Shown one piece after another: positions 27,095-38,001 of a stretch of DNA of 64,000 nucleotides. Location: positions 103,852,001-103,916,000 of the forward strand of contig NC_045697.1 in the NCBI RefSeq assembly GCF_009834535.1, read 5' to 3'. The notes beneath the pieces were generated by a model, which was given only the letters and a program-made list of their open reading frames with translations, was not told the origin of the DNA and searched no databases. Source of the DNA: Camelus ferus (Eukaryota). Every line of letters starts with the position of its first letter. The stretch's first letter is position 1. The translations under genes and the position numbers were made by a program.

Positions 27095-27312
27095 AGACTT
27101 GAAGTTGACCTGGGTTAAAACCCCAGCGCTGCTATGTGTAAGCTGTGTGATCGTCAGCAAGTTACTTAACTTCTTTCAGCTTCAGTTTCCTTGTCTGTGA
27201 AATAGGAGTAATTTACACACTCTATAATATTTTCTGGGAGACTTCAAAATCATACACTTATAAAGCACCCAATACATAGAAGACACTTTTAAATGCTGAC
27301 TGTAATTATTGT
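27095..27312 (+). mobile_element. MIR SINE
   Basis: gacctgggttaaaaccccagc...agctgtgtga...gcaagttacttaacttct...cagtttccttgtctgtgaaatagg. Confidence 0.8.
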
Positions 27313-27394
27313 TTTATATAGAAATACAAGTGAGATTTCAAACCACCTGTTTATAAATTGGCATTACCCAGAATTAATACCTGACTAAAATTTT

Positions 27395-27547
27395 TTATCA
27401 ATTTTTTAATCTTCTTAAAAACATTTTTTTGGGGGGTAAGATAATTAGATTTATTTATTTGTTTGTTTGTTTGTTTAATGGAGGTCCTGGGGATTGAGAC
27501 TAGGGCCTCATGCATGCTAAGCATGTGCTCTACCACTGAGCCCCCCT
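27395..27547 (-). mobile_element. tRNA-derived SINE (vic-1-like)
   Basis: ggggattgagactagggcctcatgcatgctaagcatgtgctctaccactgagc. Confidence 0.88.
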
Positions 27548-27939
27548 AAAAATTTTTAAAATCACTTTTAAATAATATTTACTGACAAAAAACTATTTAA
27601 TGTAAGCCAATCAGTCTTTCAGATCTTTCACCCTCTTAATACAAAGGAGTGTTTTCAATAGCTATTAACTTAGATTTGTAAGCATGAAGAGCAAAATAGA
27701 TGCCCTAAATGATTGTACAACAATGGAGTCTATTCATAGAAAAATTAAATATTTTAACACAGCAAAAAAAAAAAGGGAGTTTTTATTCTCACAGTTATTC
27801 TAATTCTATAACATACTTTGTTACAAAAACAGAAAAATAAGGATATTTAACCTCACTTTGAAATACAACAGAAACAAGCAAACAAAAGCAAGGTGATTTT
27901 AGATCCCTGAATCTCAAGGGAGGGCTTTCTTCCTGCTCC

Positions 27940-28170
27940 GAGTCATAGCCCTTTAGCTCAGCTGTCCACATTGTGGTCTGGCTTCTCACTTTTCTAATGT
28001 GTTAGGGTGGCTGAACACTTAGTCTGCAAACTTGGGTCTCTCTCTGGGTGAAGCAAAAACATCTATCTTATGGAATTCTTGCGAGGATTAAAGGAGAAAT
28101 CCATTTTAAGTCCTCCTGCAGTGCCCTGGCCCATAGAGACCTTCAATTAATGTTAGCTATTATTTATTAT
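27940..28170 (+). mobile_element. MIR SINE (degraded)
   Basis: cttgcgaggattaaaggaga...cagtgccctggcccatag...aatgttagctattat. Confidence 0.65.
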
Positions 28171-28429
28171 AACACACACTGAAGCCAGCTACACTGTACG
28201 AGACAGCACTCTGGTTCCATCTTATGCTGGGAAGCAACTGCACCTGATTGTCTTATTGCACCCAATCCATCAATCTAAGCCGCCATCATTGCTTCCCTGG
28301 ACCAGGGCCAGTGCCTCCTGACTGGTGGTTTCATCGCATCCACGTTTGCCCTTCCTACCCTCCGTTCTCTATACAGAGGCCAAAGTTATTGTGTCAAAAA
28401 TAAATCAATATAATTTGGGGAGAGGGCAA

Positions 28430-29150
28430 TGGCAATAAAATTGTTCTAAGGCATGTATGTTTTTTTGGAAGAAGGAGTTAATATATTGATTGAGCATTTT
28501 CAAGTCGTCAAGTAAGCATGGTAAAATTTCAAAGTTTACTACTAAAAAAATAGAAACAGAGTAAATAATGAAGTGAGAAAAGAAAGAAATAAGGGGAGAG
28601 GGTATATAGCTCAGTGGTAGAGCGCACGCTTAGCAGGCATGAGGTCCTGGGTTCAATCCCCAGTACTTCCATTAACTAAATAAATAAACAAACAAACAAG
28701 CCTAATTACCTCCCCCCTCCAAAAAAAATTAAAAGAAAAAAATTCCATTTCTTTCTAAAAAGAAGAAAGAAATAGAAAAAAACTAAAATAAAATTTTAAG
28801 TCAGAAGCGTAATCAAAAGAAATGTAACCATAATATCATACAAAATAGACTTTATTTTAAAAATTATTTTTAAGGACAAGACATGTCATTACATAATAAT
28901 AAAATATTCACTTCTTAATAATGAAAGATATAACAATTCTTCAGTAGTAATAAATTGACCTCAAAATATGTAAAGAAAAATATATGAAACTATAGGAGAA
29001 ATTGATAAATGCTCAATTATAATGGGAAATTTCAACACCTCTCTCCTAAAGACTGAGAGACAAAAACAACAAAAATTTAGTAAACAAATAAGAGTTGAAG
29101 AACACAATTAACAGGCTTTATTTAATAAATACATAAGAGATCTGAACCCC
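28430..29150 (+). mobile_element. Old LINE-1 inter-ORF/endonuclease fragment, interrupted by a SINE
   Basis: attataatgggaaatttcaacacctctctc reads IIMGNFNTSL, resembling the L1 endonuclease motif IIVGDFNTPL; A-rich sense strand. Confidence 0.65.
28592..28762 (+). mobile_element. tRNA-derived SINE (vic-1-like)
   Basis: A and B boxes, tail cctaattacctccccc, TSD aagaaagaaata (28580-28591, 28763-28774). Confidence 0.9.
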
Positions 29151-29889
29151 AAAACTAGCCTAAACTTCTCCCATCCAATACCTAATGCATCACTGGCTGC
29201 TCATGAAGTAAAAAATTACCAAAACAAGACAGCAGCCAGGCCAACATCAGGTAGGTGCAGAGGGAAGCAGGTAAGCCCCAGAGACTCAGAGGGGACGCCC
29301 TGGGTCTGTAAGCCATGCTCCCAGATGAACTAGAGACCCCAGACCTTTTCCAGCCTGATCATCTGAGAATATCTTAGGTGATTTATTGGCTTTCCCAATC
29401 GTTTTTGAAGGTGCTTCTGGCACTGTGTGGGATGCAGGACCTATTGATTGATAGGGTTCCTCTTTTTTCCGGGCATTGCCAGGAAGGGTGAAGGATAGCC
29501 CTTAAAAGCAATTTTTGTATAGTCCACTCTTTACTGCTCTACTAGTATGTTTCACGATACATTTGGTGAAAATGCATATTTTAAGATAATTCTAGTGTGC
29601 TGAATGTTAAATATAGGGGTTTTGTAATTTTAAAGAAAACATGCAAAGAGATTATTTTGAAAAGTTGACAATTTATTTTTTCCCTTCGGAAGGAAAATAT
29701 AATAATCATCTTAGATTTTTAAATACATTTGTTAGAATGTATAGTCTCCCCAACTACCCCTCCCCGCCCCCCACGGAATTGCCAGAACCTTTTATGTGGA
29801 AGGAATACATGCTCATAGGTTGTTAGATATTCTGGACTTTTTGCTTCATACATGTGAACTTTATATCCACATTATTGAGACATTGAAAT

Positions 29890-30295
29890 ATTGAAGTAAG
29901 CCAGAAAGAGAAAGAAAAATACCACATGCTATCACTTGTATGTGGAATTAAAAAAAAAAAAAGACAGTTGAATTTGTTTACAGAACAGAAAGATTCACAG
30001 ACATAGAAAACAAACTTATGGTTACAGGGGTGAGGGAGGAGGTGGGAAGGGACAAATTGGGAGTTCGAGATTTGCAGATACTTACATACATAAACCAGAT
30101 AAACAAGTTTATACAGTATGGCACAGGGAACTATATTCAATATCTTGTAACCTATGGTGAAAAAGAATATGAAAACGAATATATGGATGTTCCTATATGA
30201 CTGAAGCATTGTACTGTACACTAGAAATTGACACAACATTGTAAACTGACTATACTTCAATAAAAATATATATAAAAAATAATGAAACAAAAAAA
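29890..30295 (+). mobile_element. LINE-1 ORF2 end and 3' UTR
   Basis: gaagtaagccagaaagagaaagaaaaatacc...gcacagggaactatattcaa...ctgactatacttcaataaaaa. Confidence 0.9.
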
Positions 30296-31019
30296 ACCCC
30301 AAATTTAATGTGTTAAAAAAAATTCCTCATTTTATTGGTCCAAAGAGGGACTGTTGCCTGTCTAGCTCAGGAGAGAAATACTTCTAGCCTTCCTCACCAT
30401 GCAGCACAAACATAATAGGGAAAACAATATTATCACATTACATAGGCACAGTCCTCAACAGTGAAAAAAGCAGCACATAGAGTTACTCTGCCTTTGTTAC
30501 TATAGTCAGACAGAGCTGTTACTTTCTCAAAGCATCCTTAACAGGAAGAACCAACGCAAGTTTTGGCCAGAAACACCAATTAACTACCATATCCCACAAC
30601 TGGATATTCTCATTAATCAGGATTTTGCTCCACCTCATCACAGATTCAAAAAGATTGTATGCATTCATATAATCCAAACCTCTGGTCTCAAGAAAGATGG
30701 TCCCAAAATTATCTCAGAGATTATAACTGCTTATTGAATTTGTAACCATCATCAGGTAGCCATTCTCAACTTTGGCTACATGCTAAGTCATCAGGGAAGA
30801 TTTTTAAAATATCAATGATCCACCCGGTGCTTAAACAGGTGTTTCCTTTATTACTATTTGTTAAACCGTATATCTGTGTTTTACGTTCTTCTTTGTGTGA
30901 ATATTGTATTTTATCATAAAAAGAAGTCTTTAAAATGGAAAAACATACGAGATACACCACAATATAGGCAGATCAGTTTCTAATTGTTTTTCTAACTGAT
31001 TTTTTTTCTTCAGCTTCTT

Positions 31020-31885
31020 CCTCTCCCGGTGCTCTCCCTCTCAGTAAATGGATGTCCGCATACCCCAGACTGATGCTCAGGCTGAAATCTTGGAGTCATC
31101 CTTGAGACTCTTTTTCTCTCTATCTCATATCCAACCTATTAGCAAATCCTATAGTTTCTACTTTCTAAATATGTCTTGAAACTGAAACTGACCATTTCTC
31201 ACTATTGTCATGGCTAATACCCTAATCTGAGCTGCCATCCTCTCTTGTCTGAACTATTGTTATAGACTTTCAACTAGCTTCCCTACTCCCAGCTTGGTCT
31301 TCTAGAGGCTGTTCTCAACACGGCAACCAGACTGAGCTTTTAAAGCCGAAACTTCGTTTGAATCACATTCACTCCGCTGACTTCAGTCCTCCAATGGCTT
31401 CCTGTCACAGTGGGAAGGAATCCATCTTTACCGTGCTTTACAAGGCTCCATGTGATCTGTCCCTTCACAACCTCTCTGAGCTCACGCCCTGCTCCTCCTC
31501 CTCCTCCTCTCCAACCCCTTCACTCCAATGTAGACACAGTGGCTCCTTGCAGTCCTTCAAGAATCATGCCCCCTCCTGCCTCCAGCCTTTGTGTAACTCC
31601 TCCGTCTTCCCGGAATGCACTTCTCCCATTGGTAAGCCTTTCCAAATCTGCTTTATCTAAAATAGCACACCCTGATCTTCTCTAACCTCTTACCTTCTTT
31701 CACTTTTCTTCATGGTTTTTAAGCATCTGATTTTATACATTTATTTGGCTATTTGTTAATTATCCGGCCATCCCACTAGAAAGTAAGTTCTGGAATTTAT
31801 CTTCTTCACTGTTGATTCCATAGCACCGAATAGGATATGTAAAACTTAGTGGGCATTTGATCATTTTTTTTCAGCTGAATGACTA
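31020..31885 (+). mobile_element. LINE-2 3' region
   Basis: tctcagtaaatgg, cttggagtcatccttgagactc, caaggctccatgtgatctg, cccactagaaagtaag. Confidence 0.8.
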
Positions 31886-33310
31886 AAAGAGTATTTTGGC
31901 TTACGAAGCATATTTGATTCAATGACTGGTATGAAGAATATATAGCACTTTAAACCTCCATTTTTCATCTTCCCTCCAATCCAGGACAAACTGAGAATGT
32001 TTTAAAGCATAAATCTGTTCTTGGTATTTTATTTATATATTTATTTGTTCTTGATATTTTAAAACATCTATGTCTCAAAACCTCTATATCAAACATCTAA
32101 AGTTGAACTTTCTGAAGGTGCATTCTACTTTTGAAATAAAAGATTCCAGATAAAATTCTTTTTTTTTATTCCTGGGGGTGAGAAACGTGGATCATGGATC
32201 ACGTTACTAATGACCATTCCTATACTTATATCCACCGAATTCTCTCCACCATGGAAAACACTTTCCTGGCAGCAGGGACCTTTAACATGAATGAGAAAAA
32301 AATGAAAATTTTGAATACTGAGGAAAGACTTTCACTCTGGGTTTAAAGATTTCTTTCTTTTTCTGCTGATATCCGTAGAAGCCTATGAAGTCCCTCTCCA
32401 AGTTCTAGGAAATACACAAGAGGAAAAAATCATGTAGAAAGAGCGTGACCCAGGACAATGGAAATCAAGGACAAGATTAAAACAGAGAAGGCGAAAATGA
32501 ATGGACACTGCCAAGAGACAGAAAGCCTGTAATCTAAGGGAAGAACTTAAAACAGTTTCAGACAAAGTGACTCAAGTTCTCTACAATTACTGAATAAATA
32601 TTAGTATTTGAAAGTGGCCAAAAATGAGTCAAAGTAAATTGAGGAATAAATGGTGGGTCGGAAATACACAGCTAAGACATGAGCCATGAAGGACAGTCTC
32701 CCAGGCACTGGTTCATAAATTACTATACCTGCAGGATGAGGGCTTGGAGGCAAACTGCACATCAACACTGAGCATCAGTACTGATTCCTTGTTTAAATTA
32801 CCTGAAAATAAACTGTTCATAATGAGTTTGCAGTTAATTTATCCATTTGTTGTCTCAGCAAAGAGCTGAGAAAACACAATTCCTTTAGATGCTAAGGAGG
32901 CATCCCACATTATCTGTACATCTGTATGTTCAAGATGAGTTTCTTCAAGCTTAAATATAATACATTTTTCTAAAGTCCAAAAAGTCACTTCATCAAAGTT
33001 CAATGTTTTGATTCTCAGAAAAACGTTTAGTCAAAATACACTCCATTTTTCTTTTACTAAGAAACTGAGATAATAGTACTGCTTATATCACTGGAGGTGA
33101 ATAAGAATGACTTAATTAGAATTAATCCCATAAATAAAAAGTCTGGAAAAAAAAGGCTGCACAATCTCAATGGTCATTTTGGCATGAAAGCACTGTTATC
33201 TAAAACTGAATATGTTCCTATTTAGGTTTTGAATATACAATTAATAGTCATTTTTTATTCAATTACTAGTAATTTTGTTTAAAAAAAGGAAACAGAAACA
33301 AGGTGTCTTA

Positions 33311-33699
33311 CAATACATAGATAGTCTGATACCATTTAACTAAGTCTCATGCATATAAACACATAGGTACTTACCCATAACCACATGTATCTTTACTGGA
33401 CTTCTTATAGCTGGACCTTAAGGATGTTTTTAAAAAATTTTTTCCTATTACAAACAAGCTAAATAACACAGACTTGATTTCCTAAAGAAAAACTTTAACA
33501 CACCATGGAGATTAGGCATTAAATTTTCAACTAACAATCAGTATCTCAGTGTAACATGATTATGGTTGATTTAAAAAAATAATCTACATTATGTATTTTC
33601 TCAAAAAATAAATATATATTACTTGCTTAATAAAACAACAGTTAAAGAGGACAAAAACAAGCGAGCGAGCAAGCAAGCAAGCAAGCAGGCAAGAAAGAA
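33311..33699 (+). mobile_element. TSD-flanked retrotransposed insert of unrecognised origin
   Basis: Perfect 17-bp direct repeat agaaacaaggtgtctta (33294-33310, 33700-33716); AATAAA at 33607 and 33629; A-rich tail decayed to (GCAA)n/(GAAA)n. Confidence 0.7.
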
Positions 33700-34679
33700 A
33701 GAAACAAGGTGTCTTAGAATCTCCCAAATGTTACTGTATTCAGTCCACAGCTGACAATTAGGATTTTCCTTAGCCTCTGACTACAGGAATCTGCATTTAG
33801 CAAAGCATTCAGAATTCTGTATTAACAAGAGATAACTGAGGATCAAGGCCCCTTCCCTAGCTTGCCTTCTCCCCACAGTTAAATTCTATAAAATATCCTG
33901 CAGATACAGAGCATGGAAGAGAAAAAAGGAAAAACACTATGTGGTATAAGCTAATAATTATTTATATTCCTAATCAAAGGCTCGTCACTTTACATGCGTG
34001 GCTTACCACACTGGCCTGCCCAGACCCTGAAGCTATTTTTCTTTCTTCAAATTAGGAATTTGCTGATCATATCAAATGCTGATTCTGTATCTAAAAATGC
34101 CATGTTTTCTCTTTGTGCAAGTGATTAGTCCCACTAAGAAACTAATTGCTGCCATTTCAAATTGCACAAGGAGCAGAATTGCGTTCCTTACGGAAGAACT
34201 CCAGCTGTATCTCTGACATTTTTTTCACCATTTTAAAGCCATGTTTTCCTTCAACTCTGTTGTTCGATCCATAAAAATGGCAAAGAGTAGTTGAATGAAG
34301 TAATATGGCCAAAGTGGGTAAAATTTAAGTATCTATTTCCTTTGACAAGTGTCTTATCTCTCATCAATCTTATATGCATCAGATACTTACATGCATGTTG
34401 AATTATTGAAGCTAATACTTCAGTGTTGTCCTCAGTTTTACCCATGGCCTATTCACAGGTTTACATTCTCTCGGCAACAGGTCAGCTCTCCGCTTGTCTT
34501 ACCAAGTGGACCTAAGTGGTTTTCCCTCTTTTTGTCCTGTCCACCTTAAAAAGTAGTGGAATAAACAGCAATTCACATTCTATGATTTGAAGGCCACTTT
34601 TCTTTCTCCATCATTGTCTTCTTTACTAATGCTGGACCCTCTACAACTAAAGATTCACTTTGAGCTCTATTAAAATGCA

Positions 34680-35240
34680 CGTTAAATCTGTAGATTGCCT
34701 TGGATGGGATGGACATTTGAACAATATGAATTCTTCCAACCCATGAACGCAGTATAATCTTTCCATCTGTCTGAGTCATCTTCAGTTTCTTTCATCAGCG
34801 TCTTGCAGTTTTCCAAGAACAGGTCTTCTACCTCCTTAGTTTGATTTATTCCTAAGATTTTATCCTTTTTGATGCAATTGTAAAGGGGATTGTTTTCTTA
34901 ATTTCTCTTTCTGATAGTTCGTTGTTAGCGTACAGAAATGCAACAGATTTCTGCATATTAATTTTGTATCTTGTAACTTTACTGAATTTATTGATAGATG
35001 TGATATATGAAAGTTATTAAGAGAGTTAATCTTAAGAGTTCATCATGAGAACAAATTTTTCTATTTCTTTAATTTTGTATCTGGATGAGATAATGGAAGT
35101 TTACTAAACTTACTGTGATAATCGTTTCTTGAGGTTTGTAAGCCAAATCATCATGCTGGACACCTTCAACTTCCATAGTGCTGTGTCTCAGTATGTCTCA
35201 GTAAAACTGGAAGAAGAAAATTAATTAATTAAAAAAAATA
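34680..35240. mobile_element. LINE-1 with 5' inversion
   Basis: 34680-34997 antisense ORF2 (SWVGRIHIVQMSIPSKAIYRFN), joined to sense 3' UTR aaagttattaagagagttaatcttaagagtt...aaaactggaagaagaaaa. Confidence 0.8.
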
Positions 35241-37861
35241 AAGCAGTCGACAGGCCGTTTTCCTACATAAAATGTCTTTATAAGGAAATCCTCTGTGAAC
35301 AAAATGTGCAGCCCCTGAAACTTCTTTGAGGGCTCTTGTTAGTGAAGAGTAATCAAAAGCTGCCCATTACAGCGACCCCACGTGTGTGGTCTCAGTAGGA
35401 CCTCTTTCTCCAGTGATTCCTCTTCCCTTTTTGTGTTGCCAGGAAAAACTGGGCCAGGTGATAGGGCCAGTCATTTGGTAAAAACCTGAAGTTGCCAGAG
35501 GAATGAAGAATGAAAACAAGCAAAATTAAAATGAACTTACCACTGAAGACTTTAAACATCCCATCCATAAGGGGAAGAAAATGTCAAACTTGCTCTGAAA
35601 CATCTTGAATCAAACTGTGTGTGTGTGTATTCACTGTAGAAAAGTTTCATTCACTTAGTGATTTCATATACATGAGTGATTTACTTCCAGGGTTCAGTGT
35701 TGCACAAAATGAACTGAGATTTTAAGGAAAACTCTTCGTGATGTTATAACATTTCTTTTCAGATTTACTTCTGTTCGAAATAGTAGTTGAAAATACAGCA
35801 TTGGTGCTTATTTAAAAGCTAAAATAACTTTCGGGGGAAATCAATAAGAACATAAAGATATTATTGAATATATTTTAATTTATTGGTAAAATTGGCTCTG
35901 AAAATCATCTGTATCCTAGTCTCTGAATGGGGAAATTTTACTAGGATGCCTTTTTTAATGCCTAAATTATAAATTTCAGACAATACATTTCACTATCCAA
36001 ATGATAGTACATAAAATGCTAAATCGAACATTTGAACCTCAAATAAAAATTCACTGCATCATGCTGTCACTAATGGTTACTTTAAACATTTTCTCTCATT
36101 TGCTTTTTTTTTGAAAGAGACAGGTAAAACTAGTCATTTGGTCCTATTTCCTGGAATTATTGATTTTTTTTCCATAAATATCTTACTTTAAAAAAAAACA
36201 AACCTTCCATTCTCAGGTGTAGTCCATCCAAGCAGTACTGCTTTCAAACCAGGGCAAACTAGGCACTGTGCCAGGCCCATCCTTCGGGAGGAGCCCTGGG
36301 CTTTGGTGTACCTTCCTTGAAATTTTTAAAGTCATCCTCTGATGCCTTGAGTTGGCCAAAACCAGCAGTGCCATCCAGACAGGGCTTGTGGAGCTCAGAC
36401 TTGATCTTGCATGGGTCCTCTTTGCCAGAAGCACTTCCCGGAATCTTCTAATTCCTCTTCTGTTGCCAAAATGGGACTTGGCCAGCACGGCTGTCTGTCT
36501 GAGAAGTGCATTTTGTGCCTGCACTGGGACCTGTATAGATCCTGGTCCCAGTTTTCTCCTCAGCTTGCTTTTAGACCCTGCACTCTACTCGTGTTTTCAA
36601 CCAGATATCCCAAAGACATCCACGAATGGAGCCTATGGGGTCACCCTAAATTACTGTAGCCACATTCTTGTTCCAGGAGGGCAGTTTAGTAAGTGGATTA
36701 CTGCTGCAGCCAGTGTAGTATTCCTTTCACAGAACAGTATGAGACAGGGGCACCAGAATGCTATTGACACTCTAATTTGGGGCTTGAGCCAAGTGTCTAG
36801 GCCTGGGTATTGACTTTTGGCAACCCGTCTTCTAATCACAATGTCACCACTAAGCTACAGCACCCAGGAGCAGAGGAAAAGGGGAGGGAGGGTGTCAGGC
36901 TTTTACTGCTCGCCTTCTGCCCCTGGAACTAAAAGTGGTTAGCTCACACTCTTTACCCATGTCAAGCATCCTCTGGATGGCCATGCTTCCTCCTCTGAGA
37001 GACTTTGAAACTATGAGTCCACAATGTCAAAGCTCTTCTGATCAATGTCCTCTTTTGGCACTATTCCCAGTTAGATGCTATGTTCTTCTGGATTGGTGAT
37101 GCCGTGTTCTCCTGGATTGGCTTTATGTTGTGCTAAATTAAGGATGGATATCACTGAGTCCATCTTTTTCTCTGCCCATGTGAGTGGCCTCACCTATCTT
37201 TCCTGCCAGTGATGGGGTGTGGAAGACAGGGTGCAGTTAACACTGTACAATCTAGAAAGGCACTGTTCATGGCCTAAAAAATTTCAAGAGAAAACATGGT
37301 TGGAAAATATACTATTTTATCCTTATTCTATAAAATTCTGAGAGGTAAATTTAACATCACCAGAGAACAAATTATAATTCACATTTTTCTGGATACTCTG
37401 AGTGTGACTTGCACTTGAGGTCATCATCAACAAAGCGCACTACAATGTTTGAGAAGATCAGTGGATGTCAGTATTCATGGATCATAGGAGGCAGGATGCA
37501 GAATCATGAATTATGATGCAACCAGCATTAAATAAATGGTGTTAGGATATTGCAGAGCAAGAAAAATCTATATTGTATGAACACAAATATGTTCTAAAGA
37601 GCTATCTTTTTCTTATCATAGGAGATATGATAATCAGCCAGGAAGAGAATATGTAACAATTAAGAACATGAAGAGATGGTTCCTGGACATGTACAGGAAG
37701 AGGTGGTCCCTGTATAGTGTGAAGAAAGAATCCTCACATGTACTAACTGGACAGTAAACACATACATAAGTTACCTCTTCTCTATCCATCATTCTAAATC
37801 TTTATCAACAAATCCGTCTATATTACTTGAGCCCATGAATCTCATAATACATTTTTCTTCT

Positions 37862-38001
37862 CTTAAAAAAATTTTTGAGGGGGTAGGTAATTAGGTTTAT
37901 CTATCTGTTTATTTATCTTTCTAATGGAGGTACTGGGGATTGAACCCAGGACCTTGTGCATCCTAAGCACACACTCTACCACTGAGCTATATCTTTTCCC
38001 C
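37862..38001 (-). mobile_element. tRNA-derived SINE (vic-1-like)
   Basis: ggtaattaggtttat...tggaggtactggggattgaacccagg...ctaccactgagctata; TSD tcataatacattt/tcatgatacattt. Confidence 0.9.

Noticed and set aside
29823..30302. Hydrophobic 159-aa ORF
   Set aside because: Antisense reading of an A-rich L1 3' UTR.
36280..36420. CX9C-like peptide DPCKIKSELHKPCLD on the minus strand
   Set aside because: Only one motif, no second CX9C and no start context; likely chance.
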